Origin: Candidatus Enterousia excrementavium
GTDB taxonomy: Bacteria; Pseudomonadota; Alphaproteobacteria; Rs-D84
NCBI GenBank assembly: GCA_017694175.1
Contig: JADINE010000026.1
Span: 1 to 49,598 of the forward strand
DNA: 49,598 bases
Direction of reading: 5' to 3'
Below the pieces are notes generated by a model. It was not told the origin of the DNA. It saw nothing but the letters and a program-made list of their open reading frames with translations, and searched no databases. The translations under genes were made by a program, and so were the position numbers. Position 1 is the stretch's first letter. Each line of letters starts with the position of its first letter. This document shows positions 35,193 to 43,897 of this stretch, in pieces.

Positions 35193-36398
35193 TCAGAACA
35201 TAAATATTGCCTGCAAACCAACCGAGGCTTCGGAATAATTGTCCAAATTTGCCGTGCCCATTTTACGGAACACGCCATCTACTGCATCCGTCTGCCAGAA
35301 CGACAAATCTTTGCCGTTTGCTGAATCCCACAGCGCCATTTTTCCGTACAAGTTCAATGCAAACCAATCATTTGGCTGCCACCCGATGGCCGCTTTCAAG
35401 CTGGCCTGATTATGCCAATCATAATAACCCAAGATGGCTTCCAAATTTAATGTCCAATCTTCGTCCAGCACACTGAACGCACCCAATCCGCCTTCTACAT
35501 AAAACGTATTGTCTGCATCAGTATTATAAGCCAAGAAGAATGTAGCATCTTTTCCATCGGCCATTTTACCGGTCACACCATTACCATACGAACTGCCATC
35601 AAAATTCAAATACCAACCACGGGCCAAACCATATATAGTAGTTGAACTTACTTTATACCCGGCCTTTAAATCCAACACAACATTATTGGAAATATCCTGT
35701 TGATATTGATAGTACGCAGACGCAGTTGCAATCCATTTTTCTGTATCAGCAAAACGCCATTGCACGCCCAAACCCAACAAATTCAATCCACTATCGTCCA
35801 TGGAATCATCAGGTGTTTGTGGCAAAGACCAATCAAATTCATAATTCGATACATCAAACCGCGCCATAGCCAACACAGCCAATCTGTCGGTTATACCATA
35901 ACTGAAATCTTCCTTGATGGAAAACTGCCCCATATTCCATGTAACACTGGGGTCAGTGCCCGCTTCTAAATACGTCAACGCCAAATCATACGAATTCATA
36001 TTATAAGACAAATCAGTCACAGAACCGAAATTGCCCTTGGTTGGCTGAAAGAACGGATGAGCCAGATAATATTTGCGTTTTAATTCAGTGCGATATGTTT
36101 CCGCCCGCGTAGTACGCACATTTGCGGTTGACGTTCCACCCGAATACTGTTTATACAAATCGCTGCGATTTGCGGGCTGGGTATAATAAATATTTTTCGC
36201 ATCCGCTTCGTCGTATGTTCTCGTAGACGTACGTGTTGTATACTTTTCATAATTCACCTGGGTACGTTCACGCACAGCCGGCGCACCCGTTAAATCAGCA
36301 CTGGATGCCGCCCGCGTTCCAGAATTAGTTGCCGCCACAGCGGGTGTAACACCGATTAACACCGCGAACATCCCTAACCAAGACAATTGCTTTTTCAT
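35193..36398 (-). CDS. outer-membrane beta-barrel (porin-like) protein
   Basis: AAGGAG SD. Signal peptide ..TPAVAA. Terminal ..LQAIFMF. Shares 'RLAV' and N-terminal strand motifs with the adjacent OMP. Confidence 0.65.
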   Translation of the reverse strand: MKKQLSWLGMFAVLIGVTPAVAATNSGTRAASSADLTGAPAVRERTQVNYEKYTTRTSTRTYDEADAKNIYYTQPANRSDLYKQYSGGTSTANVRTTRAETYRTELKRKYYLAHPFFQPTKGNFGSVTDLSYNMNSYDLALTYLEAGTDPSVTWNMGQFSIKEDFSYGITDRLAVLAMARFDVSNYEFDWSLPQTPDDSMDDSGLNLLGLGVQWRFADTEKWIATASAYYQYQQDISNNVVLDLKAGYKVSSTTIYGLARGWYLNFDGSSYGNGVTGKMADGKDATFFLAYNTDADNTFYVEGGLGAFSVLDEDWTLNLEAILGYYDWHNQASLKAAIGWQPNDWFALNLYGKMALWDSANGKDLSFWQTDAVDGVFRKMGTANLDNYSEASVGLQAIFMF

Positions 36399-36421
36399 AA
36401 TAAATTCTCCTTTTGATGGAA

Positions 36422-36430
36422 ATTATATCA
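36422..36430 (-). promoter_or_regulatory. extended -10 element (TGATATAAT)
   Basis: Minus strand reads TTTTTGTGATATAAT, about 24 nt upstream of the porin-like gene ATG. Confidence 0.45.
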
Positions 36431-36494
36431 CAAAAAGCCCCCTTAACAAAGCATTAAAACATAAAAAAAGAAAAACCGCCATACGGCGATTTTC

Positions 36495-38735
36495 CTATAA
36501 AATGTGCCTTTTATTATTGGCATCTGGCGGGCTAACGACGCCTTCGGCCTCCATTCGTTCCATAAACCCAGCGGCCTTGTTATATCCAACACCCAACCTG
36601 CGCTGAATGTACGAAATGGTGGGCTTTTTATCCCGAATAACAATTTCTTTGGCCTGGGTATACAAATCTGCGTCTTTATCAGCCTTGGACGGCACAGCCC
36701 CCGGCAACCCTGGAATCGCACCACCTGCCCCATCGGTCACACCGTCAACATATTCAGGCTCGCCCTGGGACCGCAGGAAATCGCCAACGCGTTTTAATTC
36801 CGCATCTTCTATGAATGCGCCATGGATACGCACGGCTTTGTGTCCACCCTCGCTGAACAACATATCCCCACACTTTAATAATTGTTCTGCCCCCTTTTCA
36901 CCCAACGAGGTCATCGAATCCGTTATACTGCGGGCTTGGAACGAAATACGTGTTGGGAAATTCGCCTTGATAACACCTGTGATAACGGTCGCATCCGGGC
37001 GTTGCGTCGCCATAACAAGGTGGATACCGGCGGCCCTGGCCTTTTGAGCAATACGTTGGATATATGCCTCGACTTCTTTCTTCGCGACAGTCATCAAGTC
37101 GGCAACTTCGTCGATGATAATAACGATATATGGCATATCAGACAAATCAACTTCCTGGGTTTCAAATAATAATTCCCCCGTTTCTTCATCAGTACCCACA
37201 GCCACCTGCTCTGTTAATTTTTCACCATTTGCACGTTTTTGCGCTGCGATTTCGTTATAAGTTTCTATGTTACGTGCCTGTAACTTTTGCAGTTGTTTAT
37301 ACCGATTTTCCATTTCATTTACAGCCCATTTAAGTGCATTCACTGCGGCATTCGGATCCAATTTCACAATCGGCGTTATTAAATGTGGAATATCATCCCA
37401 GAATCCAAAATCAACACCCTTTGGATCGATAATCATCAACTTGCATTTATCAGGCGTAAAATGATAAACAACAGACGTAATAATCGTCTGCACAAACACC
37501 GATTTCCCAGACCCCGTACGCCCAGCAATTAACATATGTGGCATTTTTGCCAAATCGTAATACATTGGGTCCCCACCAATATTCACACCCAACGCCAACG
37601 GTATTTTATAACTTGAATTCACAAACGTATCATTTTCCACAAGAGATCTGAAACGCACAGTCTGCGGTTTTAAATTCACCATTTCCACGCCAATCAATTG
37701 TGTACTTGGTATTAACGCAATACGAATTTTCTCGGTTGCCATGGCGCGGGTCATATCTTCCACAGTTTTGTTAACATCAACCATGCGCACACCACTGTCT
37801 GGCAAAAATTCATACAGTGTAATAATCGGCCCAGGGCGAATGCCAACAACTTTGCCATGCACATTGTATTCAGCAAAGTGCACCTCCATCGCAGCGGCAT
37901 TACGCTTTAATTCCGGTGTCACGACATTTTTACCGAAATGCGAATATTCCAAAAACGCAGGATCCGGCAATTCATAATCATGCGCACCTGCTGCACGTGG
38001 CGCCGCACGCGCTGTGCGCCGCGCACGCCGCTTGGCTGGACGTGCCTTTGGTGCCGCGTTTTCTTCCTCAACCTCGTCTTCTTCATATTCCTCGTATTCT
38101 TCTTCCTCTGCTTCGTCACCCTCTTCTTCCAAAGGTTCTGGCGCACTTGTCAAATGGAACACAGACAACACCCAACGCACCCCGCGCCAACACATCTGGG
38201 CAGCATACACAACATGAGTCCACTTTATATGTAACAAAACAGATGCCTGCAAAACAAACACAGCAACCAAACATACCCCAACAATCGTTGCCAATCCTGA
38301 TCCCATAAGCGTACCAACATCCCCGGCAACAATTGCGCCAAACATTCCACCCCATAAATATTCAGGCAACACAAGTCCCAACCCAGCGGCACCAACACAC
38401 ACCGCAACAAAGAAACGCAAGAAATCGTACTCAGGCGCCGTCTCGTCCCCCCAGTTCACAATCCAAGCAAACCCCCAGCGCGCAACACATAACACAACAA
38501 ACAAAGCCGGAACAAAACCAATGCAATAACGAACAAACCCAACAATATTTCCCATCAAAGATTGATTACCAAACGTACTTGCCACACCAAAACCGTCCAA
38601 ATACGGGTTATAAAAAATCAATGCGAACAGTGCCCACAATCCCACAATAACAAGCACGCCGCCAAAAATGCGTTTAATTAAACTTTTCAACGCCACAGAA
38701 ACACTTTCTGGGAAAAATCTAGATGCTTTTGCCAT
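36495..38735 (-). CDS. ftsK: DNA translocase FtsK
   Basis: N-terminal TM domain, an acidic/basic linker, 'AGRTGSGKSV' Walker A, and a gamma domain 'ISYIQRRLGVGYNKAAGFMERME'. Confidence 0.95.
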   Translation of the reverse strand: MAKASRFFPESVSVALKSLIKRIFGGVLVIVGLWALFALIFYNPYLDGFGVASTFGNQSLMGNIVGFVRYCIGFVPALFVVLCVARWGFAWIVNWGDETAPEYDFLRFFVAVCVGAAGLGLVLPEYLWGGMFGAIVAGDVGTLMGSGLATIVGVCLVAVFVLQASVLLHIKWTHVVYAAQMCWRGVRWVLSVFHLTSAPEPLEEEGDEAEEEEYEEYEEDEVEEENAAPKARPAKRRARRTARAAPRAAGAHDYELPDPAFLEYSHFGKNVVTPELKRNAAAMEVHFAEYNVHGKVVGIRPGPIITLYEFLPDSGVRMVDVNKTVEDMTRAMATEKIRIALIPSTQLIGVEMVNLKPQTVRFRSLVENDTFVNSSYKIPLALGVNIGGDPMYYDLAKMPHMLIAGRTGSGKSVFVQTIITSVVYHFTPDKCKLMIIDPKGVDFGFWDDIPHLITPIVKLDPNAAVNALKWAVNEMENRYKQLQKLQARNIETYNEIAAQKRANGEKLTEQVAVGTDEETGELLFETQEVDLSDMPYIVIIIDEVADLMTVAKKEVEAYIQRIAQKARAAGIHLVMATQRPDATVITGVIKANFPTRISFQARSITDSMTSLGEKGAEQLLKCGDMLFSEGGHKAVRIHGAFIEDAELKRVGDFLRSQGEPEYVDGVTDGAGGAIPGLPGAVPSKADKDADLYTQAKEIVIRDKKPTISYIQRRLGVGYNKAAGFMERMEAEGVVSPPDANNKRHIL

Positions 38736-38741
38736 GCCCGC

Positions 38742-38750
38742 ATTTTATCA
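38742..38750 (-). promoter_or_regulatory. extended -10 element (TGATAAAAT) placed for leaderless ftsK
   Basis: Minus strand reads TTTTTTGTGATAAAAT, then gcgggc, then ATG. The A of the ATG is 7 nt after the -10 and there is no SD. Confidence 0.4.
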
Positions 38751-38792
38751 CAAAAAAGATAAAAATGTTAGCACTCATCCGATAAAATTTAA

Positions 38793-39485
38793 TTACCGGC
38801 CAATTTCTGCGCCATGCTTTTTCAGCCAGGCTTTCACAAAATCAGCCACCACCATACCGATAAAGGCGCCAAAAATCACATCCGACGGCCAATGGGCGCC
38901 AACGCAAATTCGCGACACACCTATAACGATTGCCAGCGTCCACGTAAACCATTTAATTTTTGGCGCCAACAATCCCAACATAACAAGCCCTGCAAACGAT
39001 GCGAACGTATGCCCCGATGGCATAGAATGGTAAACATCCGACAAAGCCCAATGGTCAAACACAACGGGGCCAAACTCAAACCCAGGGCGTGCACGCCCAA
39101 TCACAATTTTTAATATTTGCCCGATAACACTTGCAACCAAAACCGAGCATAATACAAAGAAAGCATAACTGCTGCGAACCTTGCTCATAAAATCATTACA
39201 AACAGCGGCCAAACTTGGTTGATTACGTGCGTTTTTGTATCGCACTCCGAATTTAATCGCCTTTTTAATGTAAAACACCAACAACACAACAGCGGATACA
39301 ATCAACCAAACCTTGGCATCAAATATTTTATCAAACACACCCCACAACTCGTAATTAAAGTGACGCAAAAAACCAGACACAGGCGCATCAAACCAAAAAA
39401 TGCCGGCCACCACCAACCCAGCGGTCACCACTGTTCCAACACCTAACCAACCCCATTTGATTTTATTATTTGATGTTAAAAACAT
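38793..39485 (-). CDS. PAP2-family lipid phosphatase
   Basis: 'KIVIGRARP', 'PSGH' and 'SRICVGAHWPSD' (the three PAP2 motifs). Multi-TM. Confidence 0.8.
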   Translation of the reverse strand: MFLTSNNKIKWGWLGVGTVVTAGLVVAGIFWFDAPVSGFLRHFNYELWGVFDKIFDAKVWLIVSAVVLLVFYIKKAIKFGVRYKNARNQPSLAAVCNDFMSKVRSSYAFFVLCSVLVASVIGQILKIVIGRARPGFEFGPVVFDHWALSDVYHSMPSGHTFASFAGLVMLGLLAPKIKWFTWTLAIVIGVSRICVGAHWPSDVIFGAFIGMVVADFVKAWLKKHGAEIGR

Positions 39486-39506
39486 ACTTTCCCCACACGT
39501 AATAAA

Positions 39507-41012
39507 TTATTCTGACAAAAGTTTATTATAAAGCCTGGCATCCGTTAATATTTTTGCCGCCACCGCCGCAGACAACGCATCTTCGTCCGCCCCGCTTGTA
39601 ATAACAGGACACCCACGACGCACAGCATCAACATCTACATCATCAGCCTTATTAAAATCTTTTGCATTAAAATCATCATTTATCACGTTCAGGAAAAACG
39701 CATTTTGTTGATTTGTTGAACGAATATTGGAAAGACACACAATCGGGAAAACCCCACGTCCATCAATTTTGCGTCCAGTGCCTGTTTTTATGGACTTGTT
39801 CAATAATTCCAACGCACCGCCATTTTCCAAATTTATCCGCGTAGCGATTCGCGCTGCCCCTGCCGTTGGTGTTCCCACCAAAACACCGCGTCCATATTCA
39901 TAAAACGCCGCAACCAGTGCCTCGGCCGTGCCGCGCGTCATATTAGACATTAACACAACAACATCGGCATCTGTCACCGCAGCGCCACCTGGGATAATTT
40001 CCACTTCATCTTTTGCTGTTTCAACAACTCGCATCACAGGACGCGCCCCAATGAACAACCCGGCAAATTTTGCCGCCGCCCGTTCATCATCACCCGTTGC
40101 AGCGCGCAAATCCAACACTATCCCGGATACATCTGGATACGTCGCCAACGCTTCGTTAACTATTGCAGCCGCATTATCAGAAACCTTGTGCACAACAATT
40201 TCTAATATTCCGCCCGTCTCGGGATCAGCACGATGAACAACATCGGCATCAGCCAAAATAATAGTTGCCCGCCGCAGCACAACATCACGCGCCCCAGACG
40301 GCGACAAAACTTTTATTTTTGATGTTCCGGAATTAAATCCAGACATAGCCCCCGACAAATCCGCATCGGACATATCGGCCACATTCACGCCATTTATTGC
40401 AACAATCAAATCCCCTTCGCGCAGCCCTGAAATATCAGCCGGCGAATCTTTATATACACCTGTAATCCGCCAATTCCCGCGTGCATCACGCATACCTTCC
40501 AACCCGACACTGGTTAAAATTCTGCCGTCTTCTGTAACCTCGGCCAGGCGTGAATAAATATAGCGCCCATTTTCATCAATCCCACGCATTAAACTGTCCA
40601 CCACCAATTGGTACATTTCGCTTTCAGACGCACTATGCAATCCGGGATCATTTGCACGTAATTTCAACACAAGCGCAGTTGTAATTTCGCCAAACCCATT
40701 CCAATCATTGGGTTGTGGCCGTGGATAATTTGCGATTATGGAATCTTTCCACACCAACACAACGCGTTCATCAGTTGCAGCAATATGGGCATCTGGATTT
40801 AATTTTTCCAAACTTTCAATTGCCACATTAATGTTTTTTCCGCCCCACTTTACGCTGTCTAATTTTTCATAAATATCAGCAAACGTAGCAGACACATCAA
40901 AAACATTCAGCCCATCTTGAATTGGCTCGTCTTCAAAAAACAAACTTTCGGCACCACAAGGCATCACAACCAAGGCGAACATAATAAAAGCCAAGAATTT
41001 TTTTATTCTCAT
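39507..41012 (-). CDS. S41 (C-terminal processing peptidase)-like protein with PDZ domain, catalytic residues apparently degenerate
   Basis: Start set at 'MRIKKFLAF' (GGGGGGA SD). PDZ 'GVYKDSPADISGLREGDLIVAING'. S41 core 'VLDLRAATGD', 'NMTRGTAEAL', 'VGTPTAGAARI' where DLRxNxGG, GSASASE and TFGKG are expected. Confidence 0.7.
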   Translation of the reverse strand: MRIKKFLAFIMFALVVMPCGAESLFFEDEPIQDGLNVFDVSATFADIYEKLDSVKWGGKNINVAIESLEKLNPDAHIAATDERVVLVWKDSIIANYPRPQPNDWNGFGEITTALVLKLRANDPGLHSASESEMYQLVVDSLMRGIDENGRYIYSRLAEVTEDGRILTSVGLEGMRDARGNWRITGVYKDSPADISGLREGDLIVAINGVNVADMSDADLSGAMSGFNSGTSKIKVLSPSGARDVVLRRATIILADADVVHRADPETGGILEIVVHKVSDNAAAIVNEALATYPDVSGIVLDLRAATGDDERAAAKFAGLFIGARPVMRVVETAKDEVEIIPGGAAVTDADVVVLMSNMTRGTAEALVAAFYEYGRGVLVGTPTAGAARIATRINLENGGALELLNKSIKTGTGRKIDGRGVFPIVCLSNIRSTNQQNAFFLNVINDDFNAKDFNKADDVDVDAVRRGCPVITSGADEDALSAAVAAKILTDARLYNKLLSE

Positions 41013-41037
41013 TTTTCCCCCCTGGTTGCCAGCAGCA

Positions 41038-41919
41038 CTATTTTCCATTTGGAATGGAATCGTCGCGCAAATTAAAGTGATACAAAATAACGTTCGAAAT
41101 ATAAATACTTGTGAAAGTTCCCATCACCACCGCGAACGTCATAGCAATCGAAAAATCGCGCAACGCCGGCCCACCAAACAGGAACAACGCCACCATTGCC
41201 AAAATAGTGGAAAGGCCGGTCATAATCGTTCTGCGCATCATTTCATTTACAGACAAATCAATCAAATCATCCATAGGCATTTTGTGATATTTCCTTATAT
41301 TTTCTTCGATTCGGTCGTAATTAACAACCTTGTCGTTAATGGAATATCCCACCCCCATAAGGATAACCGCAATCGCCGTTTGATTGAATTCCAAACCTGT
41401 AATGGAAAAGAAGCCGAACATAATTACAAAGTCCAAACACAGGGATATAAACGAACCAATGGCATACCCCCCGCGATATCGCACCCAAACATAAACAGAC
41501 ATTAATATGAACGAGAACAATATAGCCAAAATACCCCCACGCACTAATTCGCCGCCAATTTTCGGGCCAACTATTTGCACTTGGGAATATTCAACCTTGT
41601 TTCCCAATATATCTTTTATTTCTGTAACACGCGCATTTTGTTCGGCATCAGTCGCGCCTTTGTGCAACCCAACGCGAATTAAAATCGCCCCACTATCGCC
41701 CACAGATTGTAACTCAGGATTAAACTGTTCCAAATCCGCACGCATTTTATCAATGGTATAACTTTGTTCAACGGGTGTTACCTCCATTGAAATACCACCT
41801 GCGAAATCAATACCATAATTCAGCCCGCGCAACATCAACGACAATACAGACAGCAAAATAAACGCGCCCGCAATCCAATACGACAATTTGCGATATTTCA
41901 TAAATCTAAGTTTCATCAT
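41038..41919 (-). CDS. secF: protein translocase subunit SecF
   Basis: 'GLNYGIDFAGG' and a six-TM SecF profile. Lies downstream of secD. Confidence 0.9.
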   Translation of the reverse strand: MMKLRFMKYRKLSYWIAGAFILLSVLSLMLRGLNYGIDFAGGISMEVTPVEQSYTIDKMRADLEQFNPELQSVGDSGAILIRVGLHKGATDAEQNARVTEIKDILGNKVEYSQVQIVGPKIGGELVRGGILAILFSFILMSVYVWVRYRGGYAIGSFISLCLDFVIMFGFFSITGLEFNQTAIAVILMGVGYSINDKVVNYDRIEENIRKYHKMPMDDLIDLSVNEMMRRTIMTGLSTILAMVALFLFGGPALRDFSIAMTFAVVMGTFTSIYISNVILYHFNLRDDSIPNGK

Positions 41920-41926
41920 GCGCCCC

Positions 41927-43489
41927 TTATTTTACCTTTACATAACCAATTTTCTTGTTTTTGCCATGCATGTACCAATCAATAATAAGTTTAGACAACG
42001 ACACGCATGTAAACAACGTAGTTAACACACCAATTGACAGCGTCACTGCGAACCCACGAATCGGGCCGGCGCCAAATTGGAACAATACCAACGAACAAAT
42101 CAGATTGGTTAAATTGCCGTCCAACACAGCCTTCATAGACCGGTGGAATCCAGCCTCGACCGCACGCAACGGCGTCGAGCCTGCCCGTATTTCATCACGT
42201 ATTCGTTCAAACGGCAAAATATTCGCATCCACTGCCATTCCCAACGTTAATACAATACCCGCAATTCCAGGCAACGTTAACACACCACCCAAAAGCGCTG
42301 TAATTCCGATAATCATTGCCAAATTCACCAACAGCACGAAACTGGCAATAACACCAAATCCGCGATAGCAAATTATCATGAATATCATAATGAATATAAC
42401 ACCAACCAAAGATGCAACTTTACCTGCCGCAATAGTATCCGCCCCCAGTCCTGCACCAACGGTACGTTCTTCGATAACCTGCAACGGCGCCGGCAAAGCA
42501 CCACTGCGCAACAACACAGCCAGTTCTTCTGCCTCGTTCAAATTTGCAAATCCCCCGGAAATTTGTCCACGTCCCCCAGGAATCGGTTCACGAATTACCG
42601 GCGCAGACAAAACCTCGCCATCCAAAACAATTGCAAATTGTTCATTCACATGTTCTGTGGTAAGTTTTGCAAATCTGCGTGCACCCGTTGAATCAAATAC
42701 AGTCGAAACCACAGGCGTCACACTGTTTGTCGCATCAAAACCAGCCTGGGCATCTTTTAACGATTCACCCGAAACCTCTACACGACTGTACACAGGCACC
42801 AATTGCCCGGGCACGCCCCTGTACGGCAAAAATTCTGTACCCTGCGGCGCCTGTCCGGACGCCAATTGTTCAGCCGTAATATTACTGTTCACCAAATGGA
42901 AAGTCATTTTTGCAGTTTGGCCGATTAATTCCTTGATACGTTCAGGATTATCATCCCCCGGCAATTGCACCAAAATATATTTTCCACCCTGACTTTGTAT
43001 GGACGGTTCTTTTGTGCCCAACGCGTCAATACGGCGCCGAACAATTTCGATACTGCGCGCCAACGCATCTTGCACCAATTCATCACGTGCCTTTTGCGAA
43101 TAAAACACAGACACATTACGCCCATCAATTTCAATATCAACACTGTCGCCCAATTCACTGCGTAACCGCCCCCGCACAGCAGACACATTATCTTCGTCAC
43201 GCACGACAAACGAAACAACACCATCGACATTACGTAAATTAGAAACGCGTATCATACCCTTGTCACGATTCATCAGTGAAGAACGCACATCTTCGTACAA
43301 TTGCACTGTTTTCTCGCGCATCATTGTATTGGTATCCACTTCCAACAACAACTGGGCGCCACCCTTTAAGTCCAGCCCCAACTGAATCGGTTGAATCCAT
43401 GATGGATGTGGTAAATTCGGATTAATTGTTGGCAAAGCCAGTAACACACCAAAAACCGCGACAAAAATTATTGCCAATTTTTTTAACAT
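41927..43489 (-). CDS. secD: protein translocase subunit SecD
   Basis: 'LGLDLKGGAQLLLEV', a periplasmic domain, and a C-terminal TM bundle with 'GIAGIVLTLGMAVDANI'. Confidence 0.9.
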   Translation of the reverse strand: MLKKLAIIFVAVFGVLLALPTINPNLPHPSWIQPIQLGLDLKGGAQLLLEVDTNTMMREKTVQLYEDVRSSLMNRDKGMIRVSNLRNVDGVVSFVVRDEDNVSAVRGRLRSELGDSVDIEIDGRNVSVFYSQKARDELVQDALARSIEIVRRRIDALGTKEPSIQSQGGKYILVQLPGDDNPERIKELIGQTAKMTFHLVNSNITAEQLASGQAPQGTEFLPYRGVPGQLVPVYSRVEVSGESLKDAQAGFDATNSVTPVVSTVFDSTGARRFAKLTTEHVNEQFAIVLDGEVLSAPVIREPIPGGRGQISGGFANLNEAEELAVLLRSGALPAPLQVIEERTVGAGLGADTIAAGKVASLVGVIFIMIFMIICYRGFGVIASFVLLVNLAMIIGITALLGGVLTLPGIAGIVLTLGMAVDANILPFERIRDEIRAGSTPLRAVEAGFHRSMKAVLDGNLTNLICSLVLFQFGAGPIRGFAVTLSIGVLTTLFTCVSLSKLIIDWYMHGKNKKIGYVKVK

Positions 43490-43498
43490 ACCTAACCC

Positions 43499-43819
43499 TT
43501 ACTGTTCTACACTTGCAACGGCGCCTTTTGCCACTTCGACAACGACACCTTTGGAAATTTCCAACTCTATTGTTTTATCATTAACGCTTTTCACCGTGCC
43601 ATAGATGCCACCTGCCAAAACACGGTTACCAACTTTTATGGAATCCAACATTTTTTGATATTCAGCCATACGCTTTTTATTTGGCCGCACCATAAAGAAA
43701 TAAATAATTGCAAAAATAATTACACAGTATAATAACAGCCCCACCCAATCAGTTGTCTGTGTTGTTGCTGTGGTTGTGGCCTGGGTTGCTGCATCTGCAA
43801 CAGCTGCTGTTTGTTCCAT
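43499..43819 (-). CDS. yajC: preprotein translocase subunit YajC
   Basis: Single TM plus 'MVRPNKKRMAEYQKMLDSIKVGNRVLAGGIYGTV'. Confidence 0.85.
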   Translation of the reverse strand: MEQTAAVADAATQATTTATTQTTDWVGLLLYCVIIFAIIYFFMVRPNKKRMAEYQKMLDSIKVGNRVLAGGIYGTVKSVNDKTIELEISKGVVVEVAKGAVASVEQ

Positions 43820-43897
43820 AATTTTCTCCTTAACTATAAATTATCATGGGTTCAGAATAGTAAAAAAAGCCGGTTATGTAAAGAAAAATAGTTATAT

